IMG/VR virus record: IMGVR_UViG_2700989167_000004
Length of the DNA: 8,909 bases
Strand: one strand, 5' to 3'
From: a virus
Taxonomy: Duplodnaviria > Heunggongvirae > Uroviricota > Caudoviricetes
The notes below the pieces were generated by a model. The model was not told where the DNA came from and did not search any database. It saw only the letters and a list, made by a program, of their open reading frames with translations. The translations under genes were made by a program, and so were the position numbers. The first letter of the stretch is position 1, and each line of letters opens with the position of its first letter. This document shows, in pieces, positions 1-7,140 of the stretch.

Positions 1-54
1 GAAAAATATCATCAGATGGCTGCTTAAAAAAAGAACAAATGGTAGTGTCCGCTA

Positions 55-378
55 TTGCCAGTACACCTCAAACTACTCATTGCCAGATGGGAACTGACCG
101 CAGAACAGGCTGTCGCACAGCAGTTAAAAAATCAGGTGTCAAAAGGAAATCTTATCGATACCGGATTTTGTATTTTTGCCCTTAGTAAGCTGGCGATGGC
201 TTTATCCAGTACGCTTGACTCCATTCCTTTGTCCATGCAACGACAGTTCCCGGATTTAACGCCGCGTCATATTGATCATCTGAAAATCCTTATTGCTAAG
301 GGAGCGAATCAGTGCGCGCGTGCGGGGGATAAATTACCGGATTTACTCGATGAATATATCAGAACAACAACTGAGTAA
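55..378 (+). CDS. nu1: Terminase small subunit (lambda Nu1-like), C-terminal portion only; the frame is closed upstream by stops at 25-27 and 43-45, so it is either truncated/pseudogenised or has a divergent N-terminus outside the window
   Basis: The translation (…LTAEQAVAQQLKNQVSKGNLIDTGFCIFALSKL…IPLSMQRQFPDLTPRHIDHL…LPDLLDEYI) aligns by eye with the C-terminal half of lambda Nu1 as recalled (…[33 protein letters not shown]…LPLSVQRRFPELENRHVDFL…IPGLLSEYI). Its 3' end overlaps the start of the terminase large-subunit gene by 29 nt, as in lambda. The track start at 55 is a TTG with no clear Shine-Dalgarno sequence. Confidence 0.6.
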   Translation: MPVHLKLLIARWELTAEQAVAQQLKNQVSKGNLIDTGFCIFALSKLAMALSSTLDSIPLSMQRQFPDLTPRHIDHLKILIAKGANQCARAGDKLPDLLDEYIRTTTE

Positions 379-2260
379 TATGATGGTGGCAGTCACTATC
401 GCACTGCAGCCACTGGTCAGGGTATTGCCGGTGACGGCTGTAGAATGGGCCGATCAAAATTATTACCTGCCTAAAGAATCGTCATACGGTGAGGGGGAAT
501 GGAAAACGCTGCAGTTTCAGGTCGCCATCATGAACTGCATGGGCAATGACGAGATTCGTACAGTTAACCTGATTAAATCTGCCCGTGTTGGTTATACAAA
601 AATGGTGCTTGGTGTGATCGGGTATTTTATTGAGCACAAATCCCGCAACACTCTTCTTTTTCAGCCGACGGACTCAGCTGCTGAAGATTTTATGAAGTCT
701 CACGTGGAAGCAACAATTCGTGATGTTCCTTGCCTGAAAAAACTTTCTCCCTGGCTGGGCCGGAAACACCGGGATAATACGCTCACACTGAAGCGTTTTT
801 CCTCTGGTGTGGGGTTCTGGTGTTTGGGTGGTGCTGCTGCCAAAAACTACCGTGAAAAATCTGTCGATGTGGTCTGCTATGACGAACTCTCCTCGTTTGA
901 ACCGGATGTGGAAAAAGAAGGTTCGCCAACACTGCTTGGCGATAAACGTATTGAAGGTTCGGTATGGCCAAAATCCATACGCGGTTCAACGCCAAAAATT
1001 AAAGGCTCCTGTCAGATTGAAAAAGCTGCGAATGAATCTGCGCATTTCATGCGGTTTTATGTCCCTTGCCCTCATTGCGGGGAGGAGCAGTATCTGAAGT
1101 TTGGCGATGATGCGACGTCGTTTGGCCTGAAATGGGAGAAGGGTAAACCGGAAACGGTGTATTACCTGTGTGAACATAATGGCTGCGTGATCCGTCAGTC
1201 TGAACTTGATCAGACCGGGGGGCGCTGGATTTGTGACAATACCGGGATGTGGACGTGTGACGGTCTGACGTTTTTCAGTGCTTCGGGTAATGAAATTCCG
1301 CCGCCGCGCTCCATCACTTTCCATATATGGACGGCGTACAGTCCGTTCACCACCAGGGTACAGATAGTCTGTGACTGGCTGGATGCACTGAAAGATCCCA
1401 ACGGCGTGAAAACTTTTGTGAACACCACGCTGGGCGAGACCTGGGAAGAGGCCGTGGGCGAAAAACTCGATCACCAGGTACTGATGGATAAGGTTGTGCC
1501 TTACACGGCAACGGTGCCTGTCCGGGTGGTTTATCTGACGGCGGGCATTGACTCGCAGCGAAACCGTTTTGAGATGTATGTCTGGGGGTGGGCTCCGGGA
1601 GAGGAAGCCTTTCTGGTGGATAAAATCATCATCATGGGACGTCCTGATGAGGAAGAGACGCTGTTACGTGTGGATGCGGCGATCAATAAAAAATACCGCC
1701 ATGCAGACGGTACCGAAATGACCATTTCCCGTGTCTGCTGGGATATCGGGGGGATCGATGGCGAAATCGTGTATCAGAGGTCAAAAAAACACGGTATTTT
1801 CCGGGTACTGCCGGTAAAAGGTGCCTCTGTCTATGGCAAGCCGGTGATCACCATGCCGAAAACCCGCAATCAGCGGGGTGTGTATCTGTGTGAGGTGGGG
1901 ACGGATACCGCAAAAGAAATTCTCTATGCCCGAATGAAGGCCGATCCCACCCCTGTGAATGAGGCCACATCGTATGCCATCCGCTTTCCTGATAATCCGG
2001 AGATTTTTTCGCAGACAGAGGCACAACAACTGGTGGCGGAGGAACTGGTGGAAAAGTGGGAAAAAGGAAAGATGCGTCTGTTGTGGGATAACAAAAAGCG
2101 GCGTAACGAAGCGCTGGACTGCCTGGTGTATGCCTATGCGGCATTACGTGTGTCCGTGCAACGCTGGCAACTTGATCTGGCTGTGCAGTTGCATCCCGCA
2201 AGGATGCAACTGCACAACCGACCCTTGAAGAACTGGCAGCGAAGCTGTCCGGAGGAGTGA
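350..2260 (+). CDS. A: Terminase large subunit (lambda gpA-like: ATPase/translocase plus cos-cleaving nuclease)
   Basis: A long ORF whose N-terminus from the ATG at 350 (MNISEQQLSN…TAVEWADQNYYLPKESSYGEGEWKTLQFQVAIMN…) is colinear with recalled lambda gpA (MNISNSQVNRL…TAVEWADANYYLPKESAYQEGRWETLPFQRAIMN…); strong similarity continues through the body (KNYREKSVDV, GDKRIEGSVWPKSIRGSTPK, CPHCGEEQYLKFGD, FVNTTLGETWE, GASVYGKPV, KKRRNEALDC). The track start at 293 is a TTG; the ATG at 350 matches the lambda N-terminus. The last ~27 codons look frame-discordant with lambda (see findings). Confidence 0.9.
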   Translation: MNISEQQLSNMMVAVTIALQPLVRVLPVTAVEWADQNYYLPKESSYGEGEWKTLQFQVAIMNCMGNDEIRTVNLIKSARVGYTKMVLGVIGYFIEHKSRNTLLFQPTDSAAEDFMKSHVEATIRDVPCLKKLSPWLGRKHRDNTLTLKRFSSGVGFWCLGGAAAKNYREKSVDVVCYDELSSFEPDVEKEGSPTLLGDKRIEGSVWPKSIRGSTPKIKGSCQIEKAANESAHFMRFYVPCPHCGEEQYLKFGDDATSFGLKWEKGKPETVYYLCEHNGCVIRQSELDQTGGRWICDNTGMWTCDGLTFFSASGNEIPPPRSITFHIWTAYSPFTTRVQIVCDWLDALKDPNGVKTFVNTTLGETWEEAVGEKLDHQVLMDKVVPYTATVPVRVVYLTAGIDSQRNRFEMYVWGWAPGEEAFLVDKIIIMGRPDEEETLLRVDAAINKKYRHADGTEMTISRVCWDIGGIDGEIVYQRSKKHGIFRVLPVKGASVYGKPVITMPKTRNQRGVYLCEVGTDTAKEILYARMKADPTPVNEATSYAIRFPDNPEIFSQTEAQQLVAEELVEKWEKGKMRLLWDNKKRRNEALDCLVYAYAALRVSVQRWQLDLAVQLHPARMQLHNRPLKNWQRSCPEE

Positions 2261-2464
2261 ATGGTTACAGTCGCTGAACTGCAGGCGCTGCGTCAGGCGC
2301 GCCTTGATTTATTAACCGGTAAACGGGTTGTGTCGGTACAGAAAGACGGTCGCAGGATCGAATATACGGCAGCGTCCCTGAATGAGCTTAACCGTGCGAT
2401 CAACGATGCGGAGTCGGTTCTGGGTACGACCCGACGCCGCCGACCGCTGGGAGTGAGGTTATGA
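2261..2464 (+). CDS. W: Head-tail joining protein W (gpW-like)
   Basis: A 67-aa ORF (…LLTGKRVVSVQKDGRRIEYTAASLNEL…TRRRRP…) matches recalled lambda gpW (…[27 protein letters not shown]…TQRRRGP…). GGAGG at 2251-2255 sits 5 nt upstream of the ATG; the start abuts the terminase stop (TGAATG) and the stop overlaps the portal start (ATGA). Confidence 0.88.
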   Translation: MVTVAELQALRQARLDLLTGKRVVSVQKDGRRIEYTAASLNELNRAINDAESVLGTTRRRRPLGVRL

Positions 2465-4054
2465 AACGAACGCCTGTCCTGATTGATGTGAACGGCGTTC
2501 CGCTTCGTGAGAGTCTCAGCTACAACGGAGGCGGCGCAGGATTTGGCGGGCAAATGGCAGAGTGGTTACCACCGGCGCAGAGTGCCGATGCGGCCCTGTT
2601 GCCTGCATTGCGTCTGGGGAATGCCCGGGCAGATGATCTGGTGCGCAATAACGGTATCGCGGCTAATGCGGTGGCCCTGCATAAGGATCATATCGTCGGG
2701 CACATGTTTCTTATCAGCTACCGTCTGAACTGGCGTTGGCTGGGGATGCGGGAGACCACGGCAAAAAGTTTTGTCGGGGAGGTGGAAGCAGCCTGGTCGG
2801 AATACGCAGAAGGAATGTTTGGCGAGATCGACGTGGAAGGGAAACGCACGTTTACGGAATTTATCCGTGAAGGGGTGGGCGTGCATGCCTTTAACGGCGA
2901 AATCTTTGTGCAGCCGGTCTGGGATACGGAAACCACGCAGTTATTCCGTACGCGTTTTAAAGCCGTGAGTCCGAAACGGGTGGACACGCCAGGACACGGT
3001 ATGGGGAACCACTTTCTGCGGGCCGGGGTTGAGGTCGATCGGTATGGGCGGGCGATTGCGTACCATATCTGTGAGGATGATTTTCCGTTCTCTGGTGCCG
3101 GACGCTGGGAGCGGATCCCGCGTGAGCTTCCCACCGGGCGTCCGGCCATGCTGCATATTTTTGAGCCGGTGGAGGACGGGCAGACCCGTGGGGCTAATCA
3201 GTTTTACAGCGTAATGGAGCGGATGAAGATGCTGGACTCCCTGCAGGCCACGCAGCTTCAGTCGGCCATTGTGAAGGCGATGTATGCAGCCACAATCGAA
3301 AGTGAACTTGATACCGAAAAGGCATTTGAATATATCGCGGGGGCACCGCAAGGTCAGCAGGATAATCCGCTTATTAATATTCTGGAGAAGTTCACCCGCT
3401 GGTATGACACGAATAACGTGACGCTGGGCGGTGTTAAAATTCCGCACCTTTTTTCCTGGCGATGCGCTGAACCTGCAGACAGCGCAGGATTCAGACAATG
3501 GATTTTCGGCGCTTGAACAGGCGCTGCTGCGGTATATTGCAGCCGGTCTTGGCGTTTCCTACGAACAGTTGTCCCGTGATTACTCGAAGGTCAGTTACTC
3601 AAGTGCCCGCGCCTCCGCCAATGAGTCGTGGCGCTATTTTATGGGGCGGCGAAAATTTATTGCGGCCCGGCTGGCCACGCAGATGTTTTCCTGCTGGCTG
3701 GAAGAGGCGCTTCTTCGGGGGATTATTCGTCCGCCACGGGCACGTTTTGATTTTTACCAGGCGCGTTCAGCCTGGTCACGGGCAGAGTGGATTAGCTCCG
3801 GAAGAATGGCCATTGACGGGCTCAAGGAGGTCCAGGAATCGGTGATGCGCATTGAGGCCGGACTGAGCACGTATGAGAAAGAACTGGCACTGATGGGCGA
3901 AGATTATCAGGACATTTTCCGCCAGCAGGTCAGGGAATCCGCAGAGCGCGAAAAAGCCGGACTCTCACGTCCGGTGTGGATAGCCCAGGCGTATCAGCAG
4001 CAGATAGCGGAGAGTCGCAGGCCGGAAGAGGAGACAACATCACGTGAGACGTAA
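2461..4054 (+). pseudogene. B: Portal protein (lambda gpB-like), split into two ORFs (2461..3516 and 3431..4054) by a +1 frameshift in a T6 run at 3449-3454
   Basis: The first ORF matches the lambda gpB N-terminal two-thirds (…YNGGGAGFGGQ…GNARADDLVRNNG…FEPVEDGQTRGANQFYSVMERMKMLDSLQATQLQSAIVKAMYAATIESELDT…GGVKIPHL). The second ORF matches the remainder (…PGDALNLQTAQDSDNG…LLRYIAAGLGVSYEQLSR…ARASANESW…SGRMAIDGLKEVQE…IEAGLSTYEKE…). Removing one T from the T6 run gives …KIPHLFPGDALNLQ…, colinear with lambda …KVPHLMPGDSLNLQ…. Confidence 0.85.
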
Positions 4055-5619
4055 TCTTTCACATATTATCGCTGCGGCATTCAATGAGCCGCTGCTTCTG
4101 GAGCCCGCCTATGCGCGGGTTTTCTTTTGCGCGCTCGGGCGTGAGATGGGCGCAGCAAGCCTTTCGGTACCGCAACAGCAGGTACAGCTTGACGCTCCCG
4201 GGATGCTGGCTGAAACGGACGAGTACATGGCCGGAGGCAAACGACCTGCCCGTGTTTACCGGGTGGTGAACGGTATTGCTGTACTGCCGGTGACCGGCAC
4301 GCTGGTACACCGGCTGGGTGGCATGCGGCCATTTTCCGGAATGACTGGCTATGACGGCATTGTCGCCTGTCTTCAGCAGGCAATGGCGGACACTCAGGTA
4401 CGGGGCGTACTGCTGGACATTGACAGTTCTGGCGGGCAGGCCACCGGCGCGTTTGACTGCGCTGACATGATTTACCGTCTCCGGCAGCTGAAGCCTGTCT
4501 GGGCACTGTGCAATGACACGGCCTGTTCAGCCGCCATGTTACTGGCATCGGCCTGCTCCCGACGGCTGGTTACCCAGACATCCCGTATCGGCTCCATTGG
4601 GGTGATGATGGGCCATGTCAGCTATGCCGGTCATCTGGCACAGGCCGGTGTGGATATCACGCTGATTTACGCCGGATCGCACAAGGTGGATGGCAATCAG
4701 TTTGAATCCCTGCCAGCAAAGGTTCGCCAGGACATGCAGCAGCGCATTGATGCGGCGCGCCGGATGTTTGCTGAAAAAGTGGCGATGTATACCGGTTTAT
4801 CTGTGGATGCGGTTATGGGAACAGAGGCCGCCGTTTTTGAAGGTCAGTCCGGTATTGAGGCCGAACTGGCGGATGAATTAATCAATGCGTCGGACGCCAT
4901 CAGCGTGATGGCTGCGACGCTGAACACACACGATACAGGAGGCACTATGCCGCAATTAACTGCAACGGAGGCTGCCGCGCAGGAGAACCAGCGAGTGATG
5001 GGGATCCTGACGTGTCAGGAAGCGAAAGGACGTGAACAACTGGCCACGATGCTGGCAGGGCAACAGGGTATGAGCGTTGAGCAGGCCCGGGCGATTCTGG
5101 CCGTGGCGGCACCGCAACAATCTGGTGTATCTGCGCAGAGTGAAGCCGATCGCATTATGGCATGTGAAGAGGCGAAAGGACGTGAACAACTGGCGGCAAC
5201 GCTGGCGGCGATGCCGGAGATGACGGTGGAAAAAGCCCGTCCGATTCTGGCTGCTTCACCGCAGGCGAATGCCGGACCCTCACTTCGTGATCAGATTATG
5301 GCCCTGGATGAGGCAAAAGGGGCAGAGGCGCAGGCTGAAAAACTGGCGGCCTGTCCGGGGATGACCGTGGAGAATGCCCGGGCTGTACTGGCGGGGGNNN
5401 NNNNNNNNNNNNNNNNNNNNNNNNNNNNNNNNNNNNNNNNNNNNNNNNNNNNNNNNNNNNNNNNNNNNNNNNNNNNNNNNNNNNNNNNNNNNNNNNNNNN
5501 NNNNNNNNNNNNNTGAACATTTCATGGCGAACCATTCACCGGCAGCGGTACAGGGTGGCGTGCCACAGACGTCAGCAGACGGTGATGCGGACGTGAAAAT
5601 GCTCATGGCCATGCCATGA
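4044..5619 (+). CDS. C: Prohead protease / minor capsid protein C (lambda gpC-like, S49 SppA-type peptidase family); interrupted by an assembly gap (N run 5398-5513), so the true length and frame across the gap are unknown
   Basis: From the GTG start at 4044 (GGAG about 10 nt upstream) the N-terminus RRNLSHIIAAAFNEPLLLEPAYARVFFCAL matches recalled lambda gpC (ELRNLPHIASMAFNEPLMLEPAYARVFFCAL). Further conserved blocks include NGIAVLPVTGTLV, SGMTGYDGI, GAFDCADMI, KPVWAL, SRRLVTQTSRIGSIGVMM, ITLIYAGSHKVDGN and YTGLSV. The post-gap ORF ends at the TGA at 5617-5619. Confidence 0.8.
4947..5619 (+). CDS. nu3: Nu3-like scaffolding protein, a nested in-frame internal start within C (by analogy with lambda C/Nu3); spans the assembly gap
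   Basis: An in-frame ATG at 4947 is preceded by a strong AGGAGG (4937-4942). The product begins MPQLTATEAAAQENQRVMGIL, positionally equivalent to the recalled lambda Nu3 start inside C (GGRMTKETQ…NSRIMGIL). Confidence 0.5.
5013..5397 (+). repeat. In-frame tandem repeat (about 141-150 nt period, at least 3 imperfect copies) inside the C/Nu3 coding region, running into the assembly gap
   Basis: Copies start near 5013, 5163 and 5304 and encode CQEAKGREQLATMLAGQQGMSVEQARAILAVAAPQQ / CEEAKGREQLAATLAAMPEMTVEKARPILAASPQAN / LDEAKGAEAQAEKLAACPGMTVENARAVLAG. A near-exact 23-nt core gcgaaaggacgtgaacaactggc recurs at 5022-5044 and 5172-5194. Lambda gpC/Nu3, as recalled, has one copy (CEEAHGREEQARVLAETPGMTVKTARRILAAAPQ). 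Confidence 0.7.
5398..5513. other. Assembly gap (116 consecutive N)
   Basis: Direct observation of an N run. The reading frame before the gap (codons in phase with 4044) and after it (in phase with 5374) differ, so the gap length is a placeholder. Confidence 0.99.
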
Positions 5620-5655
5620 AGTCAGTGCTGACCATCAATATGAGGTTTTTACAAT

Positions 5656-6003
5656 ATGGTAACGAAAACCATCACTGAACAGCGTGCGGAAGTACGTATT
5701 TTTGCCGGTAATGATCCGGCCCATACCGCCACAGGCTGCAGCGGGATTTCCTCGGCAACACCGGCTCTGACGCCCCTGATGCTGGATGAGGATACCGGGA
5801 AACTGGTGGTCTGGGACGGACAGAAGGCAGGCCATGTGGTTGGCATACTGGTACTGCCGCTTGAAGGTACAGAGACGGTGCTGACGTATTACAAGTCGGG
5901 GACCTTTGCGACGGAGGCCATCCACTGGCCTGAGAGAGTGGATACACACAAAAAGGCGAATGCCTTTGCCGGCAGTGCCCTGAGTCACGCAGCGCTGCCG
6001 TAA
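5656..6003 (+). CDS. D: Head decoration protein D (gpD-like)
   Basis: A 115-aa ORF with blocks DPAHTAT, TPLMLDE, KLVVWDG, VGIL, YYKSGTF, WPE and AFAG, colinear with recalled lambda gpD (…[37 protein letters not shown]…VGILA…TFYKSGTFRYEDVLWPE…RTAFAGTAISIV). GAGG lies about 10 nt upstream of the ATG. Confidence 0.9.
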   Translation: MVTKTITEQRAEVRIFAGNDPAHTATGCSGISSATPALTPLMLDEDTGKLVVWDGQKAGHVVGILVLPLEGTETVLTYYKSGTFATEAIHWPERVDTHKKANAFAGSALSHAALP

Positions 6004-6060
6004 CATTTTATCAGGTCACTGCGGTAGCCTGACTGATTTCTGAATGAAAGGAACTGATTT

Positions 6061-7089
6061 ATGGGATTGTTTACGACCCGCCAGTTACTCGGTTATACCG
6101 AACAAAAAGTTAAATTTCGTGCGCTGTTTCTGGAGCTGTTTTTCCGCCGTACGGTGAATTTCCATACCGAAGAGGTAATGCTGGACAAAATTACCGGAAA
6201 AACGCCGGTGGCGGCCTATGTCTCCCCGGTTGTTGAAGGAAAGGTGTTGCGTCACCGTGGCGGTGAAACTCGTGTACTGCGCCCGGGCTACGTTAAGCCG
6301 AAACACGAATTTAATTACCAGCAGGCGGTGGAGCGTCTTCCCGGTGAAGATCCGGCCCAGCTGAACGGCCCGGCTTACCGTCGCCTGCGTATCATCACCG
6401 ATAACCTCAAACAGGAAGAGCACGCCATTGTCCAGGTGGAAGAGATGCAGGCGGTGAATGCCGTGCTGTATGGCAAATACACCATGGAAGGAGAGCAGTT
6501 TGAAACTGTTGAGGTCGATTTTGGCCGGTCGGTGGGAAATAACATTACGCAGGCAGGAGGGACGGAGTGGAGCGCTCAGGACCGCGATACCTTTGATCCG
6601 ACGCATGATCTGGATGCGTACTGTGATTTTGCTTCCGGCACCATCAATATTGCCATTATGGATGGTAAGGTCTGGCGTCTGCTGAATGGCTTTAAGCTGT
6701 TCCGCGAAAAACTGGATACCCGTCGTGGCTCAAATTCACAGCTGGAAACGGCAGTGAAAGACCTGGGGGCGGTGGTGTCCTTCAAAGGGTATTATGGTGA
6801 TCTGGCAATCGTGGTGGCAAAAACGTCCTATGTGGCAGAGGACGGTACCGAAAAACGTTATCTGCCGGACGGCACACTGGTACTGGGAAATACGGCCGCA
6901 GAGGGTATTCGTTGCTACGGTGCCATTCAGGATGCGCAGGCATTGTCTGAAGGCGTGGTGGCGTCTTCCCGTTATCCGAAACACTGGCTGACCGTGGGTG
7001 ATCCGGCGCGTGAATTCACCATGACGCAGTCCGCGCCGCTGATGGTGCTGCCGGATCCGGATGAGTTTGTGGTGGTGCAGGTGAAATAA
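6061..7089 (+). CDS. E: Major capsid protein E (gpE-like)
   Basis: A 342-aa ORF colinear along its full length with recalled lambda gpE (341 aa): PGYVKPKHE, RLPGEDP/RLPDEDP, QVEEMQAV, LYGKYTMEGEQFE, NNITQAGGTEWS, KEKLDTRRGSNSQLETAVKDLG, YGDLAIVV, GDPAREFTM and QSAPLM. Confidence 0.93.
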   Translation: MGLFTTRQLLGYTEQKVKFRALFLELFFRRTVNFHTEEVMLDKITGKTPVAAYVSPVVEGKVLRHRGGETRVLRPGYVKPKHEFNYQQAVERLPGEDPAQLNGPAYRRLRIITDNLKQEEHAIVQVEEMQAVNAVLYGKYTMEGEQFETVEVDFGRSVGNNITQAGGTEWSAQDRDTFDPTHDLDAYCDFASGTINIAIMDGKVWRLLNGFKLFREKLDTRRGSNSQLETAVKDLGAVVSFKGYYGDLAIVVAKTSYVAEDGTEKRYLPDGTLVLGNTAAEGIRCYGAIQDAQALSEGVVASSRYPKHWLTVGDPAREFTMTQSAPLMVLPDPDEFVVVQVK

Positions 7090-7097
7090 TCCGTGAG

Positions 7098-7121
7098 CGG
7101 GAGCTAAATGCTCCCGTTTTT
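7098..7121 (+). terminator. Candidate intrinsic terminator or attenuator hairpin between E and FI
   Basis: A 7-bp GC-rich stem, cgggagc (7098-7104) pairing with gctcccg (7110-7116), with a 5-nt loop taaat, followed directly by a T5 run (7117-7121). It lies in the intergenic space after the E stop (7087-7089) and before the FI ribosome-binding site. Confidence 0.4.
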
Positions 7122-7140
7122 CATTCAATCAGGAGCGGGT

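Noticed and set aside
293-349. Upstream extension of the terminase large subunit to the TTG at 293
   Set aside because: The lambda gpA N-terminus (MNIS…) aligns exactly at the ATG at 350; the extra 19 codons have no counterpart and lie within the Nu1 coding region.
986-1474. Minus-strand ORFs embedded in the terminase gene (986..1474, 783..995, 1210..1428, 1531..1725, 1781..2029, 1848..2201)
   Set aside because: They lie entirely antisense to a + strand gene with unambiguous colinear homology to lambda gpA. They have no recognisable motifs and are the shadow ORFs expected in GC-balanced coding DNA.
3449-3454. Programmed ribosomal frameshift in the portal gene
   Set aside because: Joining the two ORFs needs a +1 shift, which is rare, and lambda-family portals are single ORFs. 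A one-base indel in a homopolymer is the simpler explanation. The known programmed frameshift of lambda-like phages lies in the G/GT tail chaperone genes, outside this window.
2566-3498. Minus-strand and alternative-frame ORFs inside the portal gene (2566..2886, 2718..3149, 2941..3498 on -; 2507..2728, 2771..2968, 3029..3214, 3498..3845 on +)
   Set aside because: They overlap the homology-supported portal reading frames. Their products are low-complexity and Arg/Pro/Ser-rich, typical of out-of-frame translation.
5374-5612. ORFs containing runs of X (5374..5619 N-terminal part; 5280..5612 and 5296..5535 on -)
   Set aside because: They are artefacts of translating through the N gap; only the post-gap C-terminal tail in the 5374 frame is used, as the end of C/Nu3.
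6004-6060. Weak inverted repeat in the D-E intergenic spacer (tcagg … cctga around 6011-6045)
   Set aside because: The stem is short with a long loop and no following T-run. It is not convincing as a terminator or operator; the spacer is probably just the E ribosome-binding region.
7108-7140. ATG at 7108 as the FI start (as in the ORF track)
   Set aside because: That ATG sits in the loop of the terminator-like hairpin with no Shine-Dalgarno sequence, and the encoded MLPFFIQSGAG has no lambda counterpart. The ATG at 7141 has an AGGAG at ideal spacing.
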